The notes under the pieces: generated by a model
What the model was told of the DNA's origin: nothing
Seen by the model: only the letters and a program-made list of their open reading frames with translations
Databases searched by the model: none
Shown: positions 15,044 to 23,322 of the stretch, piece after piece
How positions within the stretch are numbered: the stretch's first letter is position 1
Layout: each line of letters starts with the position of its first letter
Source of the DNA: a virus
Length of the DNA: 64,000 nucleotides
Direction: 5' to 3' (one strand)
Virus record (IMG/VR): IMGVR_UViG_3300027763_000036
Coordinates: 1 to 64,000 of that record
Translations under genes and position numbers: made by a program

Positions 15044-15193
15044 TTAATCCCCTAACATTGGTGTTAACATTCCTGCCCAGAACAAGCAAGAGAATCCTAT
15101 ACAAGGCCAAATGTCATGTCCCATAGACATTAACAATCCCATAAAAGAACCTAACAAAGCAACACCAAATAAATAACCAGCAATTGATTTCAT
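15044..15193 (-). CDS. Early cassette 49-aa two-helix membrane protein (not in ORF track)
   Basis: MKSIAGYLFGVALLGSFMGLLMSMGHDIWPCIGFSCLFWAGMLTPMLGD*; 25-nt spacing. Confidence 0.75.
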   Translation of the reverse strand: MKSIAGYLFGVALLGSFMGLLMSMGHDIWPCIGFSCLFWAGMLTPMLGD

Positions 15194-15276
15194 AATATAT
15201 AGTTTTATAATTCTCTCCTTACTAAAGATTTAAAAAAAATAAAGAGCCACCTTAAAAAGGTAGCTCAGAACTTACA

Positions 15277-15456
15277 TCACCATACATAAACTTCTGAAGT
15301 TAAACATGGTTCCTCCCATTCAGTAACTCTTATATACATAGAGTGAAACTGAACAGGAATAAAACTAAGTTCAAATTCCAAATCACCAAATGGATGCCAT
15401 TCATCATTTGGTAACATGTACTTACGAAAGAAATAATTTGCAATTGCTTGTTTCAT
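15277..15456 (-). CDS. Early cassette 59-aa protein (not in ORF track)
   Basis: MKQAIANYFFRKYMLPNDEWHPFGD...EVYVW*; 25-nt spacing. Confidence 0.75.
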   Translation of the reverse strand: MKQAIANYFFRKYMLPNDEWHPFGDLEFELSFIPVQFHSMYIRVTEWEEPCLTSEVYVW

Positions 15457-15494
15457 GGTATTTAGTTTTAAAGTTCACACCTTACTAAAGATTC

Positions 15495-15612
15495 AAAAAA
15501 AAAACAGGGAACGTCTTCCCTGCTTTGGTGGCTTTGTAGTATCAACACTGATTCCATATAGAGGCCTTACTATGGGTGTTGGCTATAACTCTCTTGGCTA
15601 TAGACTTTATAT
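15495..15612 (-). ncRNA. Candidate small RNA occupying the first cassette
   Basis: No suitably placed ORF between the 12-mer and terminator CAGGGAA-GACG-TTCCCTG-T10; hairpins CTATAGC/GTTATAG and CAACAC/GTGTTG. Confidence 0.5.
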
Positions 15613-15639
15613 TTTATTAAAGATTAAAAAGAAAGAAAG

Positions 15640-16200
15640 ACAGAAAGATAGTGGCGCAGCCACACCTATAGAATGAATGATGAGTAAGGCATGTGTGGCA
15701 AGCCATAGTATAAATGCTTTAAGTGTTGGCCTCAAGGGTTGGCTAAAGTATTTATGCTTGGCGCGCAGGTGTGTGGCAAGAGCATTTACTAAGGCTTAAG
15801 TCTGAACGATAGAGAAGGCTAAAGTCTTAGTAAGTGCTCAGTGCGTGTGTGCAAAGGCAGAGAAGGCAAAGGGCTGAAGTATGAAGCAGCTTGCCTTCTG
15901 CGCGGTGGCGGTTAATAGTCACTTAGTCATTACATAGTATATTTACTTAGCCTTGGCATAGCATGCACACCCTTGGATCACTAGTCATGTAGCACAAGCA
16001 TAGTCTTAGCATCCACATGTCTTTGCTTTGCTAGGTAGCTAGAAACTTTTCTGCTGAGAAAACATTTGCAAAATATTTCTGTAACACAGGTTTTTGCTTC
16101 AGATTTCATGGGGGGTGGCTCCAGTCTCCTTGGCCCCCGGGGGGTCAGTTACATATGACCCACCACAACCTCTCCAATAAAATATTTCTCCTACCGGTTT
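15640..16200. other. Non-coding divergence region with long hairpins and G/C tracts; possible genome terminus, origin or packaging region
   Basis: Strand switch; GC-richer; inverted repeats 15710-15755, 15781-15838 and 15861-15899; G6 runs at 16110 and 16139. Confidence 0.5.
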
Positions 16201-16220
16201 GGAGTTTTAAAATATAGTTT

Positions 16221-16228
16221 TATATTTG
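16221..16228 (+). promoter_or_regulatory. -7 promoter element TATATTTG
   Basis: TAnnTTTG at the start of the plus arm. Confidence 0.55.
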
Positions 16229-16311
16229 CAACATAATTTTAAGGGTTAATAAGTAACAATAGGTCTGGAGTTGAAAGCCCAGGCCTTTGTTATGTTATTT
16301 AAATTTGTTAT

Positions 16312-16578
16312 ATGGAAAAATGGAAGATATTCTTCCTATATGTATTTGCTTTATGTATGGGAATTGCTATTGCTTGTTCTATGTCTGGGTGTAAGTCTCC
16401 GCAGAATTGTGATGCCTATGGTTCTTTTGATATTAAAGGGTATGAGTATGTCCAGGTTATTGGTTATACAGATACTATGCCTACCTTGGGTGAGAACTTA
16501 ATTCATCTTCCTATAGGGGAGTATGAACTTAGAGTCTGGGAAAGTGGGCAGTCTAAAGTATTGAAAGTTAAATTATAA
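16312..16578 (+). CDS. Lipoprotein with CDAY motif
   Basis: Hydrophobic signal, MSGC lipobox, QNCDAYG. Confidence 0.75.
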   Translation: MEKWKIFFLYVFALCMGIAIACSMSGCKSPQNCDAYGSFDIKGYEYVQVIGYTDTMPTLGENLIHLPIGEYELRVWESGQSKVLKVKL

Positions 16579-16593
16579 TTCGTATATTAGTAT

Positions 16594-17040
16594 ATGAAGA
16601 AGATAGACATGGGTAAGTATGTATTACTCATTGGTAATGATGCTACTGAAATATTTGACTATTACAAAGTCCCGGAAATGCATGGGCTAAATAGAGCAGA
16701 TGCTCAAGCTGAAGAAGTAGATAAGACCAAGGGTAATGGTGTTTACATATATGGATTTACTAACTATGATCCCGCGGATAAGAAGCTGACAGGTAAAGCT
16801 CCACACAAACCATTCTTGTTTTTGAACATGGGTACTTTCAAGAAGTATTCACCTACAGAGAAAGCCACAGCCGTTATGCATGAGACTATGCACATGAGTC
16901 TGCTACTAAATAATGGGGATATCAAAGACAAGGAAGAAGAAGTTATTACCTTTGCCGAGGATGAAGCAAATAAGATTATAGAGAAGTTAAAAACTACCAA
17001 GGTAGAAGCACCAAAGAAAAACTTCTTCTCAAGAAAATAA
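16594..17040 (+). CDS. Zincin-like (HEXXH) protein
   Basis: AVMHETMHM with downstream EE. Confidence 0.65.
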   Translation: MKKIDMGKYVLLIGNDATEIFDYYKVPEMHGLNRADAQAEEVDKTKGNGVYIYGFTNYDPADKKLTGKAPHKPFLFLNMGTFKKYSPTEKATAVMHETMHMSLLLNNGDIKDKEEEVITFAEDEANKIIEKLKTTKVEAPKKNFFSRK

Positions 17041-17041
17041 T

Positions 17042-17671
17042 ATGGCATATCTAAATTCAAATATTCCTACTATAACTTGTTTTATTAGGAATCAGTTTTT
17101 GTTTAATCACGAACAAGGACATGGCGAATATACTCTAGCAGATGTGCATTCTGTAGCTTCTATACAGAAGAGGACTCCACTGTTTGAAGCATTCTTAGAG
17201 AACGGGGTCAACTGGACAAGAAGACCTATCCATGCATTTTGCTGGAAGAAGGATGCAGAAACATTACCACTTACAGAGCATGTATATTGGGATTGCTTTT
17301 CTTCTTATGTAGATGTACAGGTAAGAGAGAGGATGTTTGGATTACGCGCAGATCTAATTTCTATAACTGGTGTAAAGAGACAAGGAGTATATATGTTTAC
17401 TCTTGATTGGTCACATGAAAATAGAAACATGTTAGATACTAATTTCTCAGAGACACCTGAGCATAAGTGCGGGCATGTTTTTAAAATGGACAATGGTAAT
17501 TATTTTATATATCCTAATAATAGAATTATATGGTTTGACAAAGCATGGACATATAACAGGATAGATGAGAACCCAGGGTATAAGATTGACATGACTATCT
17601 ACTCAGTAGAAAATAATACTGGGTATGAAAGTGATTATAGTTACATAACAGAGTTTAATAAAAATAAATAA
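17042..17671 (+). CDS. Phage hypothetical protein
   Basis: 209-aa ORF (MAYLNSNIP...PEHKCGH...YPNNRI). Confidence 0.85.
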   Translation: MAYLNSNIPTITCFIRNQFLFNHEQGHGEYTLADVHSVASIQKRTPLFEAFLENGVNWTRRPIHAFCWKKDAETLPLTEHVYWDCFSSYVDVQVRERMFGLRADLISITGVKRQGVYMFTLDWSHENRNMLDTNFSETPEHKCGHVFKMDNGNYFIYPNNRIIWFDKAWTYNRIDENPGYKIDMTIYSVENNTGYESDYSYITEFNKNK

Positions 17672-17672
17672 G

Positions 17673-17810
17673 ATGGCAAAAGTAAAAGAAGGCACAACAA
17701 AGTCAGCTAGTGCAAAAGTATCCCGGCCAGGGATTCATGCAAAATCAGGAACTAGTAATCTAAAGAGTTCTAAGAATTATAAAAAAAAGTATAGAGCACA
17801 AGGTAGATAA
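17673..17810 (+). CDS. 45-aa basic peptide (not in ORF track)
   Basis: MAKVKEG...RPGIHAKS...KNYKKKYRAQGR*. Confidence 0.7.
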   Translation: MAKVKEGTTKSASAKVSRPGIHAKSGTSNLKSSKNYKKKYRAQGR

Positions 17811-17832
17811 AATAATTTTTATATATTTGCCT

Positions 17833-18207
17833 ATGACGAATGAAGAAAAATTACTCTGGAAAAAAGCTACTGAGTCATCAGAGAACAATCTTCATGCGCG
17901 TGAATTATTTGAAAAACTAAAAACAAAAACAATGCAAGTAAAAGGAAAAAGGGTTTTGTTAAACAAACCAGAAGCAAAAGAATCAATGTTTCAATTAAGT
18001 GAGTCAGACAAGATGGCACTTGAGATGGACATGAGAAAGACATGGACTAAGTTAGAAGTTTATGCAGTGGGGGATGATGTAGAATCAGTAAAGGTAGGGG
18101 ATAAAGTGTACATGGGAATCACTGGGCTACAAGCATCTGAAGCAGTTGAGTTAGAGGATGGGATTAAGTTGATGGTAGCAGAACGAGACATTGCAATAGT
18201 ATGGTAA
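17833..18207 (+). CDS. GroES/Cpn10-like co-chaperonin
   Basis: GKRVLL...EVYAVGDDVESVKVGDKV...ERDIAIV; start 17833 (leaderless after TATATTTG) or 17932. Confidence 0.75.
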   Translation: MTNEEKLLWKKATESSENNLHARELFEKLKTKTMQVKGKRVLLNKPEAKESMFQLSESDKMALEMDMRKTWTKLEVYAVGDDVESVKVGDKVYMGITGLQASEAVELEDGIKLMVAERDIAIVW

Positions 18208-18509
18208 ACTTGACAGAAGAATCAGAACAATTGTATAGTAGTAAGATGCATACCCCGTTTGATAAAATAATATCTAAAGAAATACCATTAACTGATAGGA
18301 TTGTAAATCTTGATAGACCACAGTATTATGGTGGAGCAGGAAATACTTATGAAGTATTTAATGTACTAGAAGCTTGGGGATTAGATGAAGATTTTTATCT
18401 TGGTAATGTTATCAAGTATATTGTAAGAGCTGGTAAAAAAACTAATACTAAAAAAGAAGATTTACAAAAAGCTTTAGTATATTTACAACGAAGAATAAAT
18501 AAATTATAA
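18201..18509 (+). CDS. DUF3310-family protein
   Basis: PQYY...YEV...FYLGNVIKYIVRAGKK...EDLQKALVYL. Confidence 0.8.
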   Translation: MVNLTEESEQLYSSKMHTPFDKIISKEIPLTDRIVNLDRPQYYGGAGNTYEVFNVLEAWGLDEDFYLGNVIKYIVRAGKKTNTKKEDLQKALVYLQRRINKL

Positions 18510-18512
18510 GTC

Positions 18513-18767
18513 ATGGATGAACAACAAATAATAATAGAAACTAAGATTTATTCTTTTGGAGATATCTTAGTAGGTTTAGATTCAGAAGAAATCAATGAGT
18601 CTGAGCAAATTATTGAATTGAGAAAAACATTTTCTAAATTAGCAGAAGATCTTAAGGATAACTATAATGAAAATAGATCACCAGTAAAGAGTTTATTGTT
18701 TGACCAAGCAATCGGAGATATCACAAGAGCTTTGTTGATATCAGAGAAACTTTTAAAAATAAAATGA
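18513..18767 (+). CDS. Helical-hairpin protein, possibly Acb2/Tad1-like
   Basis: SFGDILVGL...two amphipathic helices...AIGDITRA; divergent resemblance only. Confidence 0.4.
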   Translation: MDEQQIIIETKIYSFGDILVGLDSEEINESEQIIELRKTFSKLAEDLKDNYNENRSPVKSLLFDQAIGDITRALLISEKLLKIK

Positions 18768-18958
18768 TGAAAGCATTAGTAATTACAGTAATGATCTTAG
18801 CAATAGCCTTCCTATGGTTGTTAACTAATATTCTTTATAAACCTTCTTATGATAGAATTAAAAGAGAATATGTAATTGATGAGCCGGGAATGAGACTTGC
18901 TAATCTTTGCATAGTGATTATGTTATCTTTATCATTAGCAATAGGATTACTCATCTAA
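18764..18958 (+). CDS. Two-helix membrane protein
   Basis: 64 aa, two hydrophobic segments. Confidence 0.7.
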   Translation: MMKALVITVMILAIAFLWLLTNILYKPSYDRIKREYVIDEPGMRLANLCIVIMLSLSLAIGLLI

Positions 18959-18984
18959 CCTGTCCTCTCCAATCAGAATAGGTT

Positions 18985-19016
18985 AAATCCCCGGTTTGAA
19001 TACTGGGGATTTTTTT
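18985..19016 (+). terminator. Intrinsic terminator
   Basis: AATCCCCGGT...ACTGGGGATT followed by a T-tract. Confidence 0.8.
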
Positions 19017-19028
19017 GTATATTATATT

Positions 19029-19340
19029 ATGGTTGAAATAGTTAAACAAGGACAAGTTAGTGTTATGGGTACCGTATTGTATACCGGTACTGCTAGTTTA
19101 CCAATAGTCAAAGTTATAAATCTTAGATTTAATAATCCTGCAGCATATACACTTAGATTAGATAGATATAATGCGGGGACGTCTAATACTGAAACATTAT
19201 ATGAACTAACTTTATCTGCGGGAGATACAGTAACAGATCCATTAGTATATCCACTTAATGAAGGAGATCAACTTATTGTTTATTCAAATATATTAGGAAC
19301 AGTATACTACTCATATATTTTAGATTATGCAACTAACTGA
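19029..19340 (+). CDS. Beta-sandwich structural/fibre-associated protein
   Basis: Start moved to 19029 (MVEIVKQG), since the track start lies inside the terminator. Confidence 0.75.
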   Translation: MVEIVKQGQVSVMGTVLYTGTASLPIVKVINLRFNNPAAYTLRLDRYNAGTSNTETLYELTLSAGDTVTDPLVYPLNEGDQLIVYSNILGTVYYSYILDYATN

Positions 19341-20547
19341 TAAAAACGGTAATGTATATGGTGGTGGATTAGTAGTAACTGGTCCAGATGGTAAACCTAA
19401 AACAACAGGAGGCGGGGGAGGTGGTTCACCATCAGGTCCTGCCGGGGGTGATTTATCAGGTACCTATCCTAACCCTGGTGTACAATGGAATAATGGGTTA
19501 TCAACATATAACACAAAGTATTATCCATTAACTTTAAATCCCGCTGGATATATTACAACTGCAGCTCTATCAGGTTATTTAACTATAGCATCAGCTGCAA
19601 GTACATATTATCCACTTACAAATCCTAATGGATTTATCTCAGGTATAACAAGTTCAGATGTTACTACAGCTCTTGGGTTTACTCCATATAGTAATACTAA
19701 TCCTTCTGGATTTATAACTTCATCAGCATTAACACCTTATCTTACAGCAGCAACTGCAGCAACAACATATTTCCCAATACCTACTGGTACAACATCAGAA
19801 TATATTAGGGGAAATGGAACATTAGCTTCTTTTCCTACTATACCTACAGTAACACCAGCAGCCTTAACAAAAACAGATGATACAAATGTAACTCTTACTT
19901 TAGGGGGAACTCCATCTACTGCATTATTACAAGCTACATCATTAACACTAGGATGGACAGGAACATTGGCTGATGGTAGAATTGCATCTGCCGCTACATG
20001 GAATGCTAAACAAAATGCTCTAGTAAGTGGTACATCCATTAAGACAGTTAACGGCAACTCATTGCTAGGTAGTGGGGATATAAGTACTAACCCACGAACA
20101 TTAGCTAGTGTTAATGGTAGCAACCTAACAGGTACAGCAAATCAAATAAGTGCATCCGTATTAATTCCTGCAAATACTTTGGTAACTAATAACACAATTT
20201 ATATTAAAGGTTTTATAAATAAGACAGCAGGATCAACTACTTCAACACCTCGGATATACATTAATAGTACAAATTCTCTGACAGGTGCAACTTTATTATC
20301 AACAGGGTTACCCATGAATGCTACTACTTATTTTCAAAGAATGGAACGTCACTTTTATTTTGATGGCACAAATCTAAATGGTTTAATTTCAAATAGTGGG
20401 GCAACCAGTGATATAACTTCCAATGTTATTACGTTGACTACATTCAATCCTGCCACTGCTTACTACTTAATTTTTGCAATACAAAATACATCTACTTCTC
20501 CTGATAACCTTGGTTGGAAACGCACAATAGTACAGATATATGATTAA
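19327..20547 (+). CDS. Tail or head fibre protein
   Basis: G/T/S-rich; GPAGGDLSGTYPNP; repeated YYPLTNP-GFIT; KQNALVSGTSIKTVNGNSLLGSGDI. Confidence 0.8.
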   Translation: MQLTDKNGNVYGGGLVVTGPDGKPKTTGGGGGGSPSGPAGGDLSGTYPNPGVQWNNGLSTYNTKYYPLTLNPAGYITTAALSGYLTIASAASTYYPLTNPNGFISGITSSDVTTALGFTPYSNTNPSGFITSSALTPYLTAATAATTYFPIPTGTTSEYIRGNGTLASFPTIPTVTPAALTKTDDTNVTLTLGGTPSTALLQATSLTLGWTGTLADGRIASAATWNAKQNALVSGTSIKTVNGNSLLGSGDISTNPRTLASVNGSNLTGTANQISASVLIPANTLVTNNTIYIKGFINKTAGSTTSTPRIYINSTNSLTGATLLSTGLPMNATTYFQRMERHFYFDGTNLNGLISNSGATSDITSNVITLTTFNPATAYYLIFAIQNTSTSPDNLGWKRTIVQIYD

Positions 20548-20683
20548 GATAAACGAAATTGAGTACACTATCACAGGACCTATTGAGGTCATAAGTGATA
20601 CACAGCTACACGTAGAAACTGATAAGGGAATTATTCTAGTAGATGATACAATGGATGTATATAAAGAATTAGTTTCTCAATAG
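20540..20683 (+). CDS. 47-aa protein, possible fibre chaperone (not in ORF track)
   Basis: MIKINEIEYTITGPIEVISDTQLHVETDKG...; overlaps the fibre stop. Confidence 0.6.
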   Translation: MIKINEIEYTITGPIEVISDTQLHVETDKGIILVDDTMDVYKELVSQ

Positions 20684-20747
20684 TTTGTTATCTGGATAAT
20701 TTTTATTATATTATAGATATAGTGTATATAATTAAAAACAAAAAGTC

Positions 20748-21218
20748 ATGGATATTTTAAATTTTATTTCTTGGATTAAAGCTGGTAATTACAGAAAAAC
20801 TCTTCCAACAGATGTACCAAATCTATTAGCAATTGGATCTAGAGATGTAACTAGAGATGATGCTTGGTTACCACTTGCTGTAAATGCATCACCTTTACAA
20901 TCATTATATGATAAAGGAGCAGTTACTCAAATTACTAGTGCTAGTACACAAGTTACACTTGATACACATTGTGGTGTTATAACAACTGTATCACTTACAA
21001 CTGCAGCAGGAGCTTCTGACACATTTCAATTTTATAATGATAAACTCTTATTAAGTTCAGTATTGTTAGTTTCATTAGAATATAAAGGAATAGCCGGTAG
21101 ACCTATAGTTAGAACTGATATTAGCAATGGTGTTACTAAAATTATTATTAGTAATACAGCTACTTCAGGTGCATTAAATGGTCTTGCAAAAGTTCACTTT
21201 ATGATTATTAACTCATAA
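20748..21218 (+). CDS. Virion fibre/spike-like protein
   Basis: MDILN N-terminus shared with the next gene; beta-rich. Confidence 0.7.
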   Translation: MDILNFISWIKAGNYRKTLPTDVPNLLAIGSRDVTRDDAWLPLAVNASPLQSLYDKGAVTQITSASTQVTLDTHCGVITTVSLTTAAGASDTFQFYNDKLLLSSVLLVSLEYKGIAGRPIVRTDISNGVTKIIISNTATSGALNGLAKVHFMIINS

Positions 21219-21226
21219 TAATTACA

Positions 21227-21862
21227 ATGGATATTTTAAATTGGATTTACTTAAAAACCAAAAATAAAATTAAAAAAACCTTTAATAACTCTTCTACAGA
21301 TTTAGTTATTCTTGGTGCAAATGTTGGTTTTGAAAATAGAGGTGATGCATATCAAAGTTATGGTATGACTGTTAATGATTTTATTAGTCAATCAGTACCC
21401 TATATTTTATATTCTGCAACTTTTTATGATACTACTACACAACCTAATGGAGGAGCGACAACTGCAAATCAAGTTAAAATAAACTCAACACAAAATTCAA
21501 CAGGATTTGCATTAGGAAGTAATAATGATATTGTAGTTAGTAATACAGCAACATATTTTCTTAGTTTATCTTTGCAACTATCTTTTACTGGAGGAGCATC
21601 CAATTATAATGTAACAGTATGGTATACAATTGATAATGTTATTGTACCTAATTCAGCATTTACATTTACAACTACAGGAGCCCAAAATGATCAAACATTA
21701 GCAGTAATTACAGATACCATAAAAATTAATAAGGGGCAAAGTATTAAATTTTACTGGTGGTCTCAAGCTACAGGAATGAAACTATTATCAACTGCAGCTG
21801 GAACTAGTCCTACAAGACCATTTTCTCCATCCGTAAACTTTAGTATATTTAATGTTGGATAA
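21227..21862 (+). CDS. Virion protein with C1q/BclA-like C-terminal domain
   Basis: Paralogous MDILN N-terminus; IVVSNTATYFLSLSLQL jelly-roll pattern. Confidence 0.65.
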   Translation: MDILNWIYLKTKNKIKKTFNNSSTDLVILGANVGFENRGDAYQSYGMTVNDFISQSVPYILYSATFYDTTTQPNGGATTANQVKINSTQNSTGFALGSNNDIVVSNTATYFLSLSLQLSFTGGASNYNVTVWYTIDNVIVPNSAFTFTTTGAQNDQTLAVITDTIKINKGQSIKFYWWSQATGMKLLSTAAGTSPTRPFSPSVNFSIFNVG

Positions 21863-21883
21863 TAAATTTAAAAATAAGAAATT

Positions 21884-22303
21884 ATGTCAATAGGAAATTT
21901 AAAAGATTATGGTAATAAAGGAAATAATTTTCCTTGGCAATTAAAAGTATTAACAGGGTTACAATCTACTTTTGATGAAATAGGAAAAGTAATTCAATTA
22001 TTAACAAATATAGAGGGATACACTAGTCTTTTACCAGGTATTTTAGCAAATACAAATCCAAACGCAAGAACACCTGTATTTCTTAAAGATACAGGAACAT
22101 TTACAGTTATTCCACAGTGTTATAGTCTTTCTATTACTAGTACGGGAACTGCTGCAGCACTTGTAAATGGCGCACCTTTAACTACTGGTCAATCTATTAG
22201 TTTTGATGCAGGTTCATTAAATAATTACTTTAATAATGGCTCTTTTAATGTAGACACAGTTACAAATTTTGGTGCTGAAGTAATAATTACTTATGTGTTT
22301 TAA
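21884..22303 (+). CDS. Structural hypothetical protein
   Basis: 139-aa ORF. Confidence 0.75.
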   Translation: MSIGNLKDYGNKGNNFPWQLKVLTGLQSTFDEIGKVIQLLTNIEGYTSLLPGILANTNPNARTPVFLKDTGTFTVIPQCYSLSITSTGTAAALVNGAPLTTGQSISFDAGSLNNYFNNGSFNVDTVTNFGAEVIITYVF

Positions 22304-22304
22304 T

Positions 22305-22784
22305 ATGAAATATTTAGTTATTTTATTAGTCTTATTATCATCTTGCTCATTAGAAAGAAGATTAGAGAAATACTGTCCACTTTGTACACAAAAAGATAGT
22401 ACAGTAACTGTAATACAAATTAGAGATACTACAATTAATATTCCTGGAGAAACTGTATATATAGAAGATACACTATTCTGTGATTCATTAGGCAATGTAT
22501 ATGCTTCTAGACTTGCTGAAAAAGATGGAACTATCATTAAACTACAATCAAGAGTAAGAGATAACAAATACAAAGTAATTGCCAAAGTAGATACTATCTA
22601 CAGAACTGTAAGAGGCAATACTATTTACAAAACCAAACTTGTAACAAAAACTCAAAAACCACAAAAGATAAAATATATCCCAGGTTGGGTTAATTTCCTA
22701 GCATGGGTTGGTGGTATATTTCTGATTATACTAATCTTATACATACTATACAGATTGATAAAAAGTAAAATTATTATGTTATGA
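22305..22784 (+). CDS. Unimolecular spanin (u-spanin) candidate
   Basis: MKYLVILLVLLSSC lipobox, beta-rich middle, C-terminal transmembrane helix; within the lysis cassette. Confidence 0.7.
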   Translation: MKYLVILLVLLSSCSLERRLEKYCPLCTQKDSTVTVIQIRDTTINIPGETVYIEDTLFCDSLGNVYASRLAEKDGTIIKLQSRVRDNKYKVIAKVDTIYRTVRGNTIYKTKLVTKTQKPQKIKYIPGWVNFLAWVGGIFLIILILYILYRLIKSKIIML

Positions 22785-23050
22785 TAACAACAACAACAGC
22801 AAGCTTGGTGGTTCTAGCCATTGCAACAGTACTAGGAGTTATAGGATATTTTTTAAGAATGGTCCATACAGATGTAAGAAAAGTAGTAGAGGAACAAGGA
22901 AAATTAAAAGGTAAAATTGAACTTGTAGAACAAGAGAGCCGTTTAAAATATCAAGCAATTCAAGAACAAACACAGATTGAGCTTAAGAACTTAGCAAAAA
23001 ATGTAGGAGATTTGACAGATACTGTAAGACAATTGGTAACTCTTAGATGA
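22781..23050 (+). CDS. Holin/antiholin-like protein (one TM plus coiled coil)
   Basis: N-terminal TM helix; lysis cassette context. Confidence 0.55.
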   Translation: MITTTTASLVVLAIATVLGVIGYFLRMVHTDVRKVVEEQGKLKGKIELVEQESRLKYQAIQEQTQIELKNLAKNVGDLTDTVRQLVTLR

Positions 23051-23322
23051 AAAAGTTTTTAATTATAATGGTTAGTGATGATAATGGTATAATATCTTCT
23101 AAAAGAGTATTAGGAACATTATGTGTATTAGCACTTGTAATATGTTTATTGATGAGTGCTTTTAGTAAAAGAACCATTGTTCCATCCGGAGATTTAGTTT
23201 ATTCAATTGCTGGATTTGCTTTAGCTTCTTTCGGACTAAGTACAATGGAAAAGGTAATGGGTAAAAAAAATGAAAAGAATGAAGTTGGATCTAACAAAAA
23301 TAGTACAGAAGAGATTGGATAG
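23047..23322 (+). CDS. Holin-like protein (two TM helices)
   Basis: SSKR-TM...TM-charged tail; directly before the endolysin. Confidence 0.65.
   Translation: MKKFLIIMVSDDNGIISSKRVLGTLCVLALVICLLMSAFSKRTIVPSGDLVYSIAGFALASFGLSTMEKVMGKKNEKNEVGSNKNSTEEIG

Larger units (their letters stand above)
11744..15625 (-). repeat. Twelve dispersed copies of AATCTTTA(A/G/T)TAA; candidate early phage promoter or cassette boundary
   Basis: Copies start (+ coordinates) at 11744, 12664, 13271, 13849, 14204, 14457, 14650, 14896, 15021, 15219, 15482 and 15614, all in the same orientation. Confidence 0.9.

Noticed and set aside
12664-15625. CRISPR array interpretation of the recurring 12-mer
   Set aside because: The repeat is only 12 bp, the intervals are irregular (about 125-600 bp) and contain ORFs with terminators, and there is no cas operon.
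15455-15676. 73-aa plus-strand ORF
   Set aside because: It is antisense to the cassette array and crosses a terminator and two 12-mers.
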